Below are positions 53,854 through 64,000 of a stretch of DNA of 64,000 nucleotides, one piece after another. This stretch comes from Butyricicoccaceae bacterium (lineage in GTDB: Bacteria; Bacteroidota; Bacteroidia; Bacteroidales; UBA932). The position numbers and the translations under genes were made by a program. The DNA lies in the NCBI GenBank assembly GCA_963617065.1, contig CAVENC010000007.1, positions 7,813 through 71,812 on the forward strand, read 5' to 3'. Position 1 is the first letter of the stretch; each line of letters begins with the position of its first letter. Below the pieces are notes generated by a model. That model did no database searches and was not told where the DNA came from. It saw only the letters and a list, made by a program, of their open reading frames with translations.

Positions 53854-55371
53854 TTATGGCGTTACGACTGGACGGATAGTCAGTTTATTTGCCATCTGCG
53901 TTTGGATAACTTGAGCATTTACATTGCCGCTACTTAGACTTAAAGAGAGGAATCGTTGGTAATCGGAGCCACTAATAGTCGTCTTTGTAGAGGACCAAGA
54001 GCAGGATTCAACGCCAACTTGTCTTCTTTCACCCCACGAATCCTCATAGAGTCCGCTGAAAGGGAAGAAGATGAGGCAGCCATTATCAGTTTTTTTCTTC
54101 AGATAGACGCCGTGTGTCCATTCTCCGGAAGAGTTTTTCTCTCCGCTTGTGTACTCTTTATCAGTATTGTCTATCAGTTCCTGAAACTCGGAGTCTGAAG
54201 GGATGTGTGGTTTTTTGCTTCCAAGCGCGGAAGTCATATCTGACAAAGCATATAAATCACCGTAGTCGGCTGGCAGGGTAGCGCCGACATTGGTCGTAGC
54301 CCAAAGTTTGCCGCTTGGAAGGCCGAGGTCGATATATTTGATGCCGTTTACGAGCATATAGCCACCGTTCTTGTACAATGTGCTGCTGGTCAGTGATGCG
54401 CGTTTGATGTTGCATCTGTTTATTTGGAGTGTCTTAACAGGTGATACGTTATACCAATTCCCATAACTAGGGTTGTTAGATACTCCGAATCTGACTTTAA
54501 GATTATATTCTCCTACGGGCATCGGGATATAGCAGACGCATCCTTTACTGTAATCAGAAACTCGTCCCTTAATGGTGATATAATTATTCGTTCCCATCAC
54601 ATCAACATCAGCTGTTGCTTCAGAAGTTGTCTTGATGACTGGTTCGGAAGAATTGAGGTCCACGCTGAAATCTCCGCAGATCTGCCTATCTGCAACAATG
54701 ATTACTTCAAAGTTATTCGACTTGGTTGCATCATTTATCTTAATACAAAGCACTCCGCCGAGTTGTTTGAATTCGCAAGTCGCGCCACTTTCATCGCTTC
54801 CGGTAATTTTTGCCAGAAGAGCAGGATTAGCGCTCGTCTTGTACGAGTCAATATTGTCGGATGAATCCAGATAATCAACATCCAAATTTGAGATGGAAAA
54901 ATCATATTCCGATGGTAAATGATATGTCAGCGTATTGCCGGAGATTTTATGGCTCTCATTATACGGGTAAACTGCATATCCGCCAAGTGTGCCTTTAATG
55001 TCTCCTCCAAATGTTGCTGTCTTCAGGTTGTCGCTTCGGCTCTCGAGAGTGAGCGGATAAAGGTTTTCAGAGCCGCTGGCAAGAACACCTATCTTGTCAT
55101 TTTTCTGCCAATAAAAATCTGTGTTCGCCTTGACGTTCTCGGCAAATATAGCTTTGGTGGCAACTCCGTTAGTATCGTCATTGTCGAAACTCTTGGAGCT
55201 CGTGCTCTCGGTCGATTCTTCCTTGTCTGAAACGCTGCCGGCGTTCAATGTAATATGGTGAAATTCAAGTTCGTCATTGCCTCCGTTGCTGGTTTCGCTC
55301 TTTGTGCAGGCAGAGAAGAATAGTATTGAGCCTATGGCAAATGCCATAGATAATGTGCGTTTTCTGTTCAT
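53854..55371 (-). CDS. Fimbrillin-like lipoprotein with C-terminal DLGLPSG..WA (CLec/DUF1566-like) domain
   Basis: Lipobox FSAC, TKA, W..ND.IGV, YAVYPY, IDLGLPSGKLWATTNVGA, WSS, terminal IRPV. Confidence 0.7.
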   Translation of the reverse strand: MNRKRTLSMAFAIGSILFFSACTKSETSNGGNDELEFHHITLNAGSVSDKEESTESTSSKSFDNDDTNGVATKAIFAENVKANTDFYWQKNDKIGVLASGSENLYPLTLESRSDNLKTATFGGDIKGTLGGYAVYPYNESHKISGNTLTYHLPSEYDFSISNLDVDYLDSSDNIDSYKTSANPALLAKITGSDESGATCEFKQLGGVLCIKINDATKSNNFEVIIVADRQICGDFSVDLNSSEPVIKTTSEATADVDVMGTNNYITIKGRVSDYSKGCVCYIPMPVGEYNLKVRFGVSNNPSYGNWYNVSPVKTLQINRCNIKRASLTSSTLYKNGGYMLVNGIKYIDLGLPSGKLWATTNVGATLPADYGDLYALSDMTSALGSKKPHIPSDSEFQELIDNTDKEYTSGEKNSSGEWTHGVYLKKKTDNGCLIFFPFSGLYEDSWGERRQVGVESCSWSSTKTTISGSDYQRFLSLSLSSGNVNAQVIQTQMANKLTIRPVVTP

Positions 55372-55391
55372 AGATGCAACTTGTTAGCAGT

Positions 55392-55532
55392 TTACCAGTC
55401 TAAATCCTCAATGCTGCCCGGCTCAACGCCGAAATCGTTGTGGACCTCTTTCTTTGAGCTGTCATCCAGGCAAACGCTCTCAATCTCAATTTCTTTCACC
55501 TCTGCGCAAGGTGCTTTGTATGTGTCTTTCAT
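55392..55532 (-). CDS. Small 46-aa YxxP-motif peptide, not in ORF track
   Basis: Own translation MKDTYKAPCAEVKEIEIESVCLDDSSKKEVHNDFGVEPGSIEDLDW, ending 20 bp before the lipoprotein start. Confidence 0.7.
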   Translation of the reverse strand: MKDTYKAPCAEVKEIEIESVCLDDSSKKEVHNDFGVEPGSIEDLDW

Positions 55533-55629
55533 TCGTCAAAAATTTCAATGTGCGGTTCAATCTCAAACCGCGAAAAATAAATTTGGCGAATTTCAGATTT
55601 TTTTTTATAAAATCAAAGGAATTAACTCG

Positions 55630-58600
55630 TTATCTCGTTACACTCGCTGTGCCGGAAGCAGTGCGGGCGGAGATGCTTGGACTATACATCGCTTCGCAAG
55701 TTACTGACGGAAGGATGAATTCGCCCTCATACGCAGCTCTGAGCCGTACGCGGAACTCCTTGTAAGTATTTCGTGGCAGACTGAAATAGAATACGTTGCG
55801 GTCATCACGAATATCCAGATAATCATATTTTCCGGAAGAAGGTACATCCTGTCCGGTCATCCTCTCGTTTATGATTTCCCAACCGGAAGGAATAATCTCG
55901 GTAAGAGCCATATTGTAATAATCCGCAACCGTGCTTGGGTTTGTAACCCGGATGACAGCCGTGAATTCGCTGCCCTGACGCAACGATGCAGGATTTACAG
56001 CGCTTCCGTCATTTGCCAGATATTTTACATCAAGCCTCAGTCCGGATGCCTTTGCGGCTACCGTCTTACCGGAATCTCCGCGTGACACTGTCGTGAGCCG
56101 CACATAGACAGAACCGTCAGATTCATTCTGAACTGTTACATTGCCTGAATCGGAATTTATGCCGGTTGTAATGCGGCTGTTGTCAGAAGGCTTGGCTGTC
56201 AGAGATTTGACTCCGCTTCCGTCATTGATATCGATGCTGATGTTGGTGCCCGTGACATTCTTGGCAAGAAGACTCATCGCCTTGCTTATGAATGCGGACT
56301 CCTGTGTGGACATAGACCAAGGAGAAAGACTGTAGTCGTCTTTGCTGTTTGCATATCCTATTGCAGATGAGATATTTCCTGTGCGGACCAATGCTTCGAT
56401 GGCGATTGCCCTGTCCCTCATCGGTGTGCCGAATGTTGCCAAGTTGTCCTTCCATTCTGACGGATTCTCCGATGTTGAATTAAGAATATCGTTTCCGACA
56501 TTCTTCTTTCCGCACACCGAGTATGCTGACGACAACATCATTGACGCCTGCCAGGATAGGTTGCCGCTTTCCTTCATTCTGTTCATCGCTGCTTCGTCCG
56601 CTTTGTCGGCAAGTGCCATAGAATAGAGTCTATAAGCCTGCGTGAGGTCGCTTAGCTCATACACTTTTGCCGTCTTGTAATTCCGCACGCACTGCTTCTG
56701 GAATTTAAGCCAGGATGAGACTACACCTGTGTTGACATCATATCCGTTGGCGCGCGCAACTGCGAAGAATTCTCCTGCCATTGACGTTATCCATTCGTCT
56801 GAATGTGTGTTGCCTGGCCAATATACGAAGCCTCCGTCAGACATCTGACGCGAATAAAGTTCAGTAAGGATGCTATGAATCATAGACTTAGCACTCTCAG
56901 CGTTCTTCTGCGACAGCATCGGCATCGCATAAAGCAGGCTAAGACCTTTGGCTGCAAGCTGTTCCGTGCAATAATGCTGATAATTGGTCATAAAACTGAA
57001 CAGCGCGTCCCAGTCTATAGACGGATAGCTGCAAGCCTCGACCTTTGCATATCGGCTGCCCTCCGTTGCGAAAGGATTGTAAGTGAACGTCTTGCTCTCA
57101 CCCTTTCCGAGCAGGACTTCCTGCGTTGCGACAACGTCAGGAGCCGGGTCGCGGACTTCGATATTTACCGTCTCAGTCATACGGTGTCCGTTGCCATCTG
57201 CGATGACAGTCACTTTCGCAGGACCTTCTCCGCCCGCATTGAGTGCAAACCTAACTATCTGATCGCCTTTGCCGTTGAAGTCAACACTCTGTCTGTCAGA
57301 GCCGTCCACTTTGATAGAGCCTTCGCATTTCACTGACACATTCACTTTGTTTATTCCTTCTTCCATCACGAATACATTTACCGGTAGCGTAATCTTCTCT
57401 CCTGTGCCCGCTACTCTCGGCAATGTCGGCAGAATCATTACCGGAGATGTTACCGGAACAGTCTTTTCGGTATTTCCGTAGGCCCCGTCATTGCCGGCAA
57501 CGACCATCACTCTTACACTTCCCACATACATCGGAAGCGTTATCGTGTGGGTGATGGACCCGCGTTTCAAGGTGTATGGGCCGGATGCATTGTGCGCGTC
57601 AGCCCCTGTTCCAAGCCTGAACGGTCCCATAAATTTCACTACCGGGTTGAACCTGTTTTCCTTGCGCGAAGCCATCAGCATCGCCATATCTCCGCCGATG
57701 CTGAACATTGCTGACATAGGACCGCCTGTATTGCAGAATACGTCGTCGTAAATGTCCCAAGTGCTGATGCCCAAAGCTTCTCTCTTGTACATTGCGTTCC
57801 ACGGATCAGGAGTCCTGAATGCCGTGAGATCCAGAAGTCCCTCATCCACGATTGCCAGTGTGTAAGTCATAGGCTTGCCGTTCTTCTCGCTCACCTTTAT
57901 CGTGAATGGCTCTTCAGGATGGACCTTGTCCGCCATAGTGATCACAGGATTGAGATGCGAATCAGGATTCTCGACCATCACCGGCTGCACTCCGTACATT
58001 CTGACCGGAAGGTCGTTGGATGAATTTCTATATGGCTGGACCAGAGTGATATGGACATAGAAATTAGGCGCCATTTCGTCTGTTATCCTGATCTTGTAAG
58101 CCGTGTCTGTTCCGGACGTCTTGACCCATTCACTGGACATTACCTCGCTGCCGTTTTCGATGGAAACTAGTGCTCTTCCGTTTTCCGCTGAAGGAATATA
58201 GACGGTCGCTGTCTCTCCGACCTTGTAACTCCTCTTGTCCAACGAGAAACTCAGCATTGCGGGTGCATCCGGGTCGCTTCTGTCCGAACGGCCTCTGTAT
58301 GCCGGCCAATCGACATATACGGTGCCTCCGGTAGCGTGACCGCTGTCAAGATCCTTTATATATATAAGGTAACGTCCCCATTCGTCATCCGGTATGGTGA
58401 ACGGTACGCTGATGTCTCCGTTCCCGGAAACGACCTTGCCTGTAAGGGTCGCCTCAGCTCCCGAACCGTTGACATAAGAATCAAGCGGATCCTGTCTGGA
58501 TTCCCACCACCAACTCCATTTCAGTTTGAAAATACGCCATTCGATATTGTGGTCCTGAACGCGTTTTCCGTTGGCGTCCACCACCGCTACAGGGATGCTA

Positions 58601-61248
58601 TAGGCCTTACCCGTTTCCAGATAACTGTCAGAGGATGGCATTTTTGCTCCGACGTATGCAGTGTATGGTGAATAAGGCAATGTGAGAGTACTGTAACTTT
58701 CGTCGCCGCCTTCCTCCACGACAGAGCCGAGTACATTGGCTTTAAGCATTCCCGGCGCTTGCGGAATCTTCGGCAGATTCACCCGTGCAGTGACTGTGCC
58801 GGCATTGTCGAGCCTGGAATCGAGGAGGTCGATGTCCATAGACGTGAAACTGCTTGCCGGATCTGAGAATGTATATCCGTCATATCCGGTGAATGTTTTG
58901 CTTCCCGGAGTCAATGTCATAGACAATTTCGACTTGAGACCTGAAGCGGCAGGGCCTGTAAGCCAAGTTGAGGCTATTCCGGCCGAAATGCCTGTACCAC
59001 CCTGCAGAATCTTTTCGTTTATCTTGATATTGACCTTGAGTCTGTTAGGCTTTACCGTCTCGATTCTCAAAGGCTTGTGGAATGTCGCTCCTCCGATCTT
59101 GAAATATGCGTTCCACAGTCCTGTCGGGCTGTCTTGAGTGGTCGCAATGTCGAATGCGTAGAATCCGTTGACGGATGTGCCGCAGACTTTTCTGGCAAAG
59201 AACTGTCCCTGAGGTGTATATATGTCAACTGATGCAGGATGCGTGTCCGGCAATTTCTCCGCGCTGTGCACAAGCATAGTCAGGTGCAGCGTGTCTCCAG
59301 GTCTCCATACGCCTCTTTCGCCATAGATGAATCCCTTGATTCCTTTCTGCAATTTCTCTCCGCCCGTGTCGAATCTGCTCAGCGACTTCACGTTGGAGTC
59401 AGTCATCCTGAGATATGATGTAGAATTGCCTTTCTTTACAACAACGATGAACGGACGCCCTGTGACATCGATTTCAGCAAGCCCTCCGGAAGAACTCTTG
59501 CCCGCACCTATCTGCTGCAACTGGTAATTCAATATCCTGATATCCGCCCCTGATACAGGTTCTGCGCTTAAAAGATTGCTTGCTGCCACCCAGACTTTCC
59601 CGTTCTTTCCGGTTGACTCGGCGCATTTCGCTATGACTCCTATATCGGATGAAAGGAAATTCTTGGACGGATAGTCATATATCATATAATATGTAGGAGT
59701 CATCGGATTGTTCCGGTCTGCCCAATTATATTGTTCCCAGTCGTAATTGCTTTCATAATAATACGGGTACGGCTGATCCCATACAAGTTCATCCTCCTCA
59801 GTCATACTGCCAGTTGACGTGCTTACGATGCCGTCGCCGCTGTCCTTGATACCGCTGCCTTTCCAATATATATAGTACTCGGGTTTGAATGATAGTTTCA
59901 GCCTATAAATCGCATTCGGATCTTTCTTGAATAGCCCGGAAAGGTCTATCGTGTACAACTGCTTGGACGTCAAGTCGTTGCTCTGGTCAGAATCGAGCCG
60001 CAGAGTGCTCCTGTATATCATCCTGCCTGAACGTCTTATGGCTGAATCTCCGTTCAATCCGTTCTCTTGGAGATATGTCAATATGTTGCTCGGGAATATC
60101 TCTATGACGCTGATATCCACGGCTTTCAGGTTGCTGGCGAAGAATGGGATGACAAGCATCTTGGAATCCGGAAGAATGCTTCCTTCCTGGCAGAATGCTA
60201 CTGAAGGATTCGGACTCTGGCTCTTGAAAGTTTTCTGCCAGCATTCTCCGAGCTTGTTGCCGTCAATGTCCCTGATACCAGCATCCACGGTCAACGTGAG
60301 ATTGCCGTTCACGCTGCCCTCGTAGTATATTCTCAGATTGTTGTCAGTTATCCTGGTCGTGGTCTTCAATCCTGAGTTATCATCCGCGCTTCCGGACATT
60401 GAACTGGTTAATGTAGCCAAACCGTTGAGGTTCTGCTCTTTGTCCAGCGGTTGAGAAAACAATATGTCAATATATTTGTCCTCATTTCCGAATATATTGG
60501 CTGTCAGTACCTTGAATCCGTCTTTTGCGGGAATCGTAACTTCCAGATTCTCGCATTCCGAGAAATTGGTGCTGCCAGGTTTGAATTTGACGGTCAGGTT
60601 CTGTTCTTTATCGGCTCTGTCCAATCCGGAGATCCTGAATGACAATTTGCCGCTTTTTGCAGTGACCTCGCTTTCCACCGCCTCTTTCTTGCCTTTCCAT
60701 ACGAATTCAATCAATGATGCCGGATCATCGCTGGCAATGTCTTCGCTAAGTGCCAATGTACCGGACACCGCAGCGTGTTCTTTGTCAGATTCGGTTATGA
60801 TGATGGAAGGCTCTTCGAAGTATGCTTCTTTACGTGCCGTCGTGAAACTGAACTTGAATGTTCTATGTGCCTTGTCCGTTTTTATTATATCGCCGAGACT
60901 GAATGAGCCTTTGTACGTCTTGCCGGGCTTCAGTTCTCCTTCATCGGGAACGAATTCAATGCGCTGACTGTTAACCCATTTGGCTGAACCATTGATTGCA
61001 GGGGAGAACTTGAACAATGTGGCCGCGGCTTTGGAAATCTCAGTTTCGCTGCCTTCAATACCGTCTGCAGGTGTTTTAAGTTCTATGACAATACTGCTGT
61101 TTCCGGTTATGACTCCTCCGGTGTATGCCTCAATATATTCAGCGAATATGCTGTCCGGATCTTTGTATTTGTTCTGTCCGCATCCGTAGAATATGGCGGC
61201 TGAAATGCCCGCCAGCAGGAATAACCTTATTATTAGATTGTTGCGCAT
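55630..61248 (-). CDS. Bacterial alpha-2-macroglobulin lipoprotein
   Basis: Lipobox FYGC after ATG 61248, ERGVWRPGD, AIVDEG.L, thioester CTEQ, DIRDDR..EAMY. Confidence 0.92.
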   Translation of the reverse strand: MRNNLIIRLFLLAGISAAIFYGCGQNKYKDPDSIFAEYIEAYTGGVITGNSSIVIELKTPADGIEGSETEISKAAATLFKFSPAINGSAKWVNSQRIEFVPDEGELKPGKTYKGSFSLGDIIKTDKAHRTFKFSFTTARKEAYFEEPSIIITESDKEHAAVSGTLALSEDIASDDPASLIEFVWKGKKEAVESEVTAKSGKLSFRISGLDRADKEQNLTVKFKPGSTNFSECENLEVTIPAKDGFKVLTANIFGNEDKYIDILFSQPLDKEQNLNGLATLTSSMSGSADDNSGLKTTTRITDNNLRIYYEGSVNGNLTLTVDAGIRDIDGNKLGECWQKTFKSQSPNPSVAFCQEGSILPDSKMLVIPFFASNLKAVDISVIEIFPSNILTYLQENGLNGDSAIRRSGRMIYRSTLRLDSDQSNDLTSKQLYTIDLSGLFKKDPNAIYRLKLSFKPEYYIYWKGSGIKDSGDGIVSTSTGSMTEEDELVWDQPYPYYYESNYDWEQYNWADRNNPMTPTYYMIYDYPSKNFLSSDIGVIAKCAESTGKNGKVWVAASNLLSAEPVSGADIRILNYQLQQIGAGKSSSGGLAEIDVTGRPFIVVVKKGNSTSYLRMTDSNVKSLSRFDTGGEKLQKGIKGFIYGERGVWRPGDTLHLTMLVHSAEKLPDTHPASVDIYTPQGQFFARKVCGTSVNGFYAFDIATTQDSPTGLWNAYFKIGGATFHKPLRIETVKPNRLKVNIKINEKILQGGTGISAGIASTWLTGPAASGLKSKLSMTLTPGSKTFTGYDGYTFSDPASSFTSMDIDLLDSRLDNAGTVTARVNLPKIPQAPGMLKANVLGSVVEEGGDESYSTLTLPYSPYTAYVGAKMPSSDSYLETGKAYSIPVAVVDANGKRVQDHNIEWRIFKLKWSWWWESRQDPLDSYVNGSGAEATLTGKVVSGNGDISVPFTIPDDEWGRYLIYIKDLDSGHATGGTVYVDWPAYRGRSDRSDPDAPAMLSFSLDKRSYKVGETATVYIPSAENGRALVSIENGSEVMSSEWVKTSGTDTAYKIRITDEMAPNFYVHITLVQPYRNSSNDLPVRMYGVQPVMVENPDSHLNPVITMADKVHPEEPFTIKVSEKNGKPMTYTLAIVDEGLLDLTAFRTPDPWNAMYKREALGISTWDIYDDVFCNTGGPMSAMFSIGGDMAMLMASRKENRFNPVVKFMGPFRLGTGADAHNASGPYTLKRGSITHTITLPMYVGSVRVMVVAGNDGAYGNTEKTVPVTSPVMILPTLPRVAGTGEKITLPVNVFVMEEGINKVNVSVKCEGSIKVDGSDRQSVDFNGKGDQIVRFALNAGGEGPAKVTVIADGNGHRMTETVNIEVRDPAPDVVATQEVLLGKGESKTFTYNPFATEGSRYAKVEACSYPSIDWDALFSFMTNYQHYCTEQLAAKGLSLLYAMPMLSQKNAESAKSMIHSILTELYSRQMSDGGFVYWPGNTHSDEWITSMAGEFFAVARANGYDVNTGVVSSWLKFQKQCVRNYKTAKVYELSDLTQAYRLYSMALADKADEAAMNRMKESGNLSWQASMMLSSAYSVCGKKNVGNDILNSTSENPSEWKDNLATFGTPMRDRAIAIEALVRTGNISSAIGYANSKDDYSLSPWSMSTQESAFISKAMSLLAKNVTGTNISIDINDGSGVKSLTAKPSDNSRITTGINSDSGNVTVQNESDGSVYVRLTTVSRGDSGKTVAAKASGLRLDVKYLANDGSAVNPASLRQGSEFTAVIRVTNPSTVADYYNMALTEIIPSGWEIINERMTGQDVPSSGKYDYLDIRDDRNVFYFSLPRNTYKEFRVRLRAAYEGEFILPSVTCEAMYSPSISARTASGTASVTR

Positions 61249-61356
61249 AACATCAGTTATTAGAAATGTTCCGTAAAGATACATATTTTTGCCTAAGAAG
61301 TCATCCATTATATTCAACGTAAATTTTGGGTATCTTCCAAAATAGCTTCTTAAATA

Positions 61357-61396
61357 TGTCAATTTGTCACGTTCTGTCAGATGGCACAGCAGTTGA
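61357..61396 (+). promoter_or_regulatory. Putative sigma54-like -24/-12 promoter with upstream TGTCA repeats
   Basis: TGGCAC-N5-TTGA at 61382-61396. TGTCA at 61357, 61365 and 61375. Confidence 0.45.
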
Positions 61397-61465
61397 TTTA
61401 CATCCCTCCGGTTCCCGGATTGGAGAACTGAAAAAAAGTATATAAACATTAAAAATTATAGAATT

Positions 61466-61732
61466 ATGATTAAACCATTGGCAGATAGAGTGGTACTTGA
61501 GCCTAAAGAGGCTGAGACCAAGACGGCTGCGGGACTTTATATCCCGGATACAGCGAAAGAGAAACCTCAGCAGGGAAAAGTTGTTGCCTGCGGTCCTGGC
61601 AAAAAGGATGAACCTATGGAGCTTAAAGTTGGTGACGAGGTTCTTTATGGCAAATACGCCGGCACTGAGGTTACTGTAGATGACAAGAAATATCTTATCG
61701 TCCGTCAGTCAGACATTATGGCAATATTATAA
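61466..61732 (+). CDS. groES: Co-chaperonin GroES
   Basis: [17 protein letters not shown] and KYAGTEV motifs. Confidence 0.98.
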   Translation: MIKPLADRVVLEPKEAETKTAAGLYIPDTAKEKPQQGKVVACGPGKKDEPMELKVGDEVLYGKYAGTEVTVDDKKYLIVRQSDIMAIL

Positions 61733-61739
61733 TTTATAG

Positions 61740-63374
<1,635 letters not shown>

Positions 63375-63469
63375 GAATGATGCGATAAGAAATCGCTGAA
63401 TCTTATGCCGGCGGGATTAATGCCGACTGAAGTTAGGAGATTTCTGAACGCTTTACATAAGCTTATTGA

Positions 63470-63507
63470 AGAGGCCGACCCGAAAGGGTTGGTCTCTTCT
63501 TTTTTTT
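63470..63507 (+). terminator. Intrinsic terminator after groEL
   Basis: agaggccgaccc-gaaa-gggttggtctct followed by a T-tract. Confidence 0.85.
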
Positions 63508-63579
63508 GTTCACCTGCAGTTTCTTCGTGACCGGATGGTGCGCGCACCATCCGGCGAACGCCTAACTCCTGCAGGCTAA

Positions 63580-63662
63580 TGCTGTCCCGAGGGACCATTT
63601 CGCACCTCCGGTGCGGTTGAAGTTTTATCGGGGAAAGGATTCCCCGAAACCCCTTCGGTCGC
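63580..63662 (+). repeat. Dispersed hairpin-rich repeat, copy B
   Basis: 78/83 match to the reverse complement of 37867-37949. Confidence 0.9.
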
Positions 63663-63762
63663 GTTGCGCTTCGCGCAAGTTTGCGTCTTACCCTCAGTCT
63701 CTTCGAGACAGCTCCTAGGAGCACGGGGAAAGGATTCCCCGAAACCCCTTCGGTCGCGTTGC
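63629..63762 (+). repeat. Exact 39-bp direct repeat
   Basis: cggggaaaggattccccgaaaccccttcggtcgcgttgc at 63629-63667 and 63724-63762. Confidence 0.9.
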
Positions 63763-64000
63763 TCCGAATTTATTCCTTACTCCTCATCCGCAGGACATCA
63801 AAAAGAGGCAGATGACTGGAGCGAATTTTTCCTGTAACTTTGAGCGAAGGGCGCAGTCTCCTCCAGAGTTTCGCTTCGTTCCTTCGGGAGCCGCTCACGA
63901 GGCTGCGACCGGCCACGCTCTGTCAGAGACTACCGACAATTATCTAGCGAGCTTCATATAGGCTGACAACTGACATCACGAGGAAAATTTTACGCCTTTG

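Noticed and set aside
53854..54060. Diversity-generating retroelement variable region in the CLec-like C-terminus
   Set aside because: No template repeat or reverse transcriptase in the window, and the codons do not show the AAC-derived NNC pattern.

Overview
Chromosomal window from a Bacteroidales (Bacteroidota) gut-type bacterium. The taxon is inferred from TAnnTTTG promoters, a bat operon and the rpmB-rpmG-DUF4295-ftsY gene order. Most of the window is housekeeping: a purF-purM-purH-purD cluster, folD, truA, the moxR-DUF58-batABC-batD/E operon, a GH2 beta-galactosidase, glyA, thrS-infC-rpmI-rplT-lepB, rpmB-rpmG-bL38, ftsY-pheT, deoC, guaA, typA, rpmF, an alpha-2-macroglobulin and groES-groEL, plus tRNA-Leu(CAG) and tRNA-Arg(CCT). 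There are two small accessory patches. The first (about 43.7-47.9 kb) holds an AbiE type IV toxin-antitoxin pair with a frameshifted toxin, a coupled metallophosphoesterase and an ATPase-nuclease gene. It ends in a tandem array of copies of the guaA 3' end. The second (about 52.4-55.6 kb), next to tRNA-Arg, holds an orphan ATPase with a 41-bp palindrome and an unannotated 46-aa YxxP peptide gene in front of a fimbrillin-like lipoprotein. Other notable signals are a modular hairpin-rich dispersed repeat (37.7-38.0 kb and 63.5-63.9 kb), a Firmicutes-type pur operon lacking purN, a non-AUG infC start, and a sigma54-like motif before groES. No integrase, transposase, cas gene, reverse transcriptase or rRNA is visible. 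All family calls come from motif recognition, not database searches.
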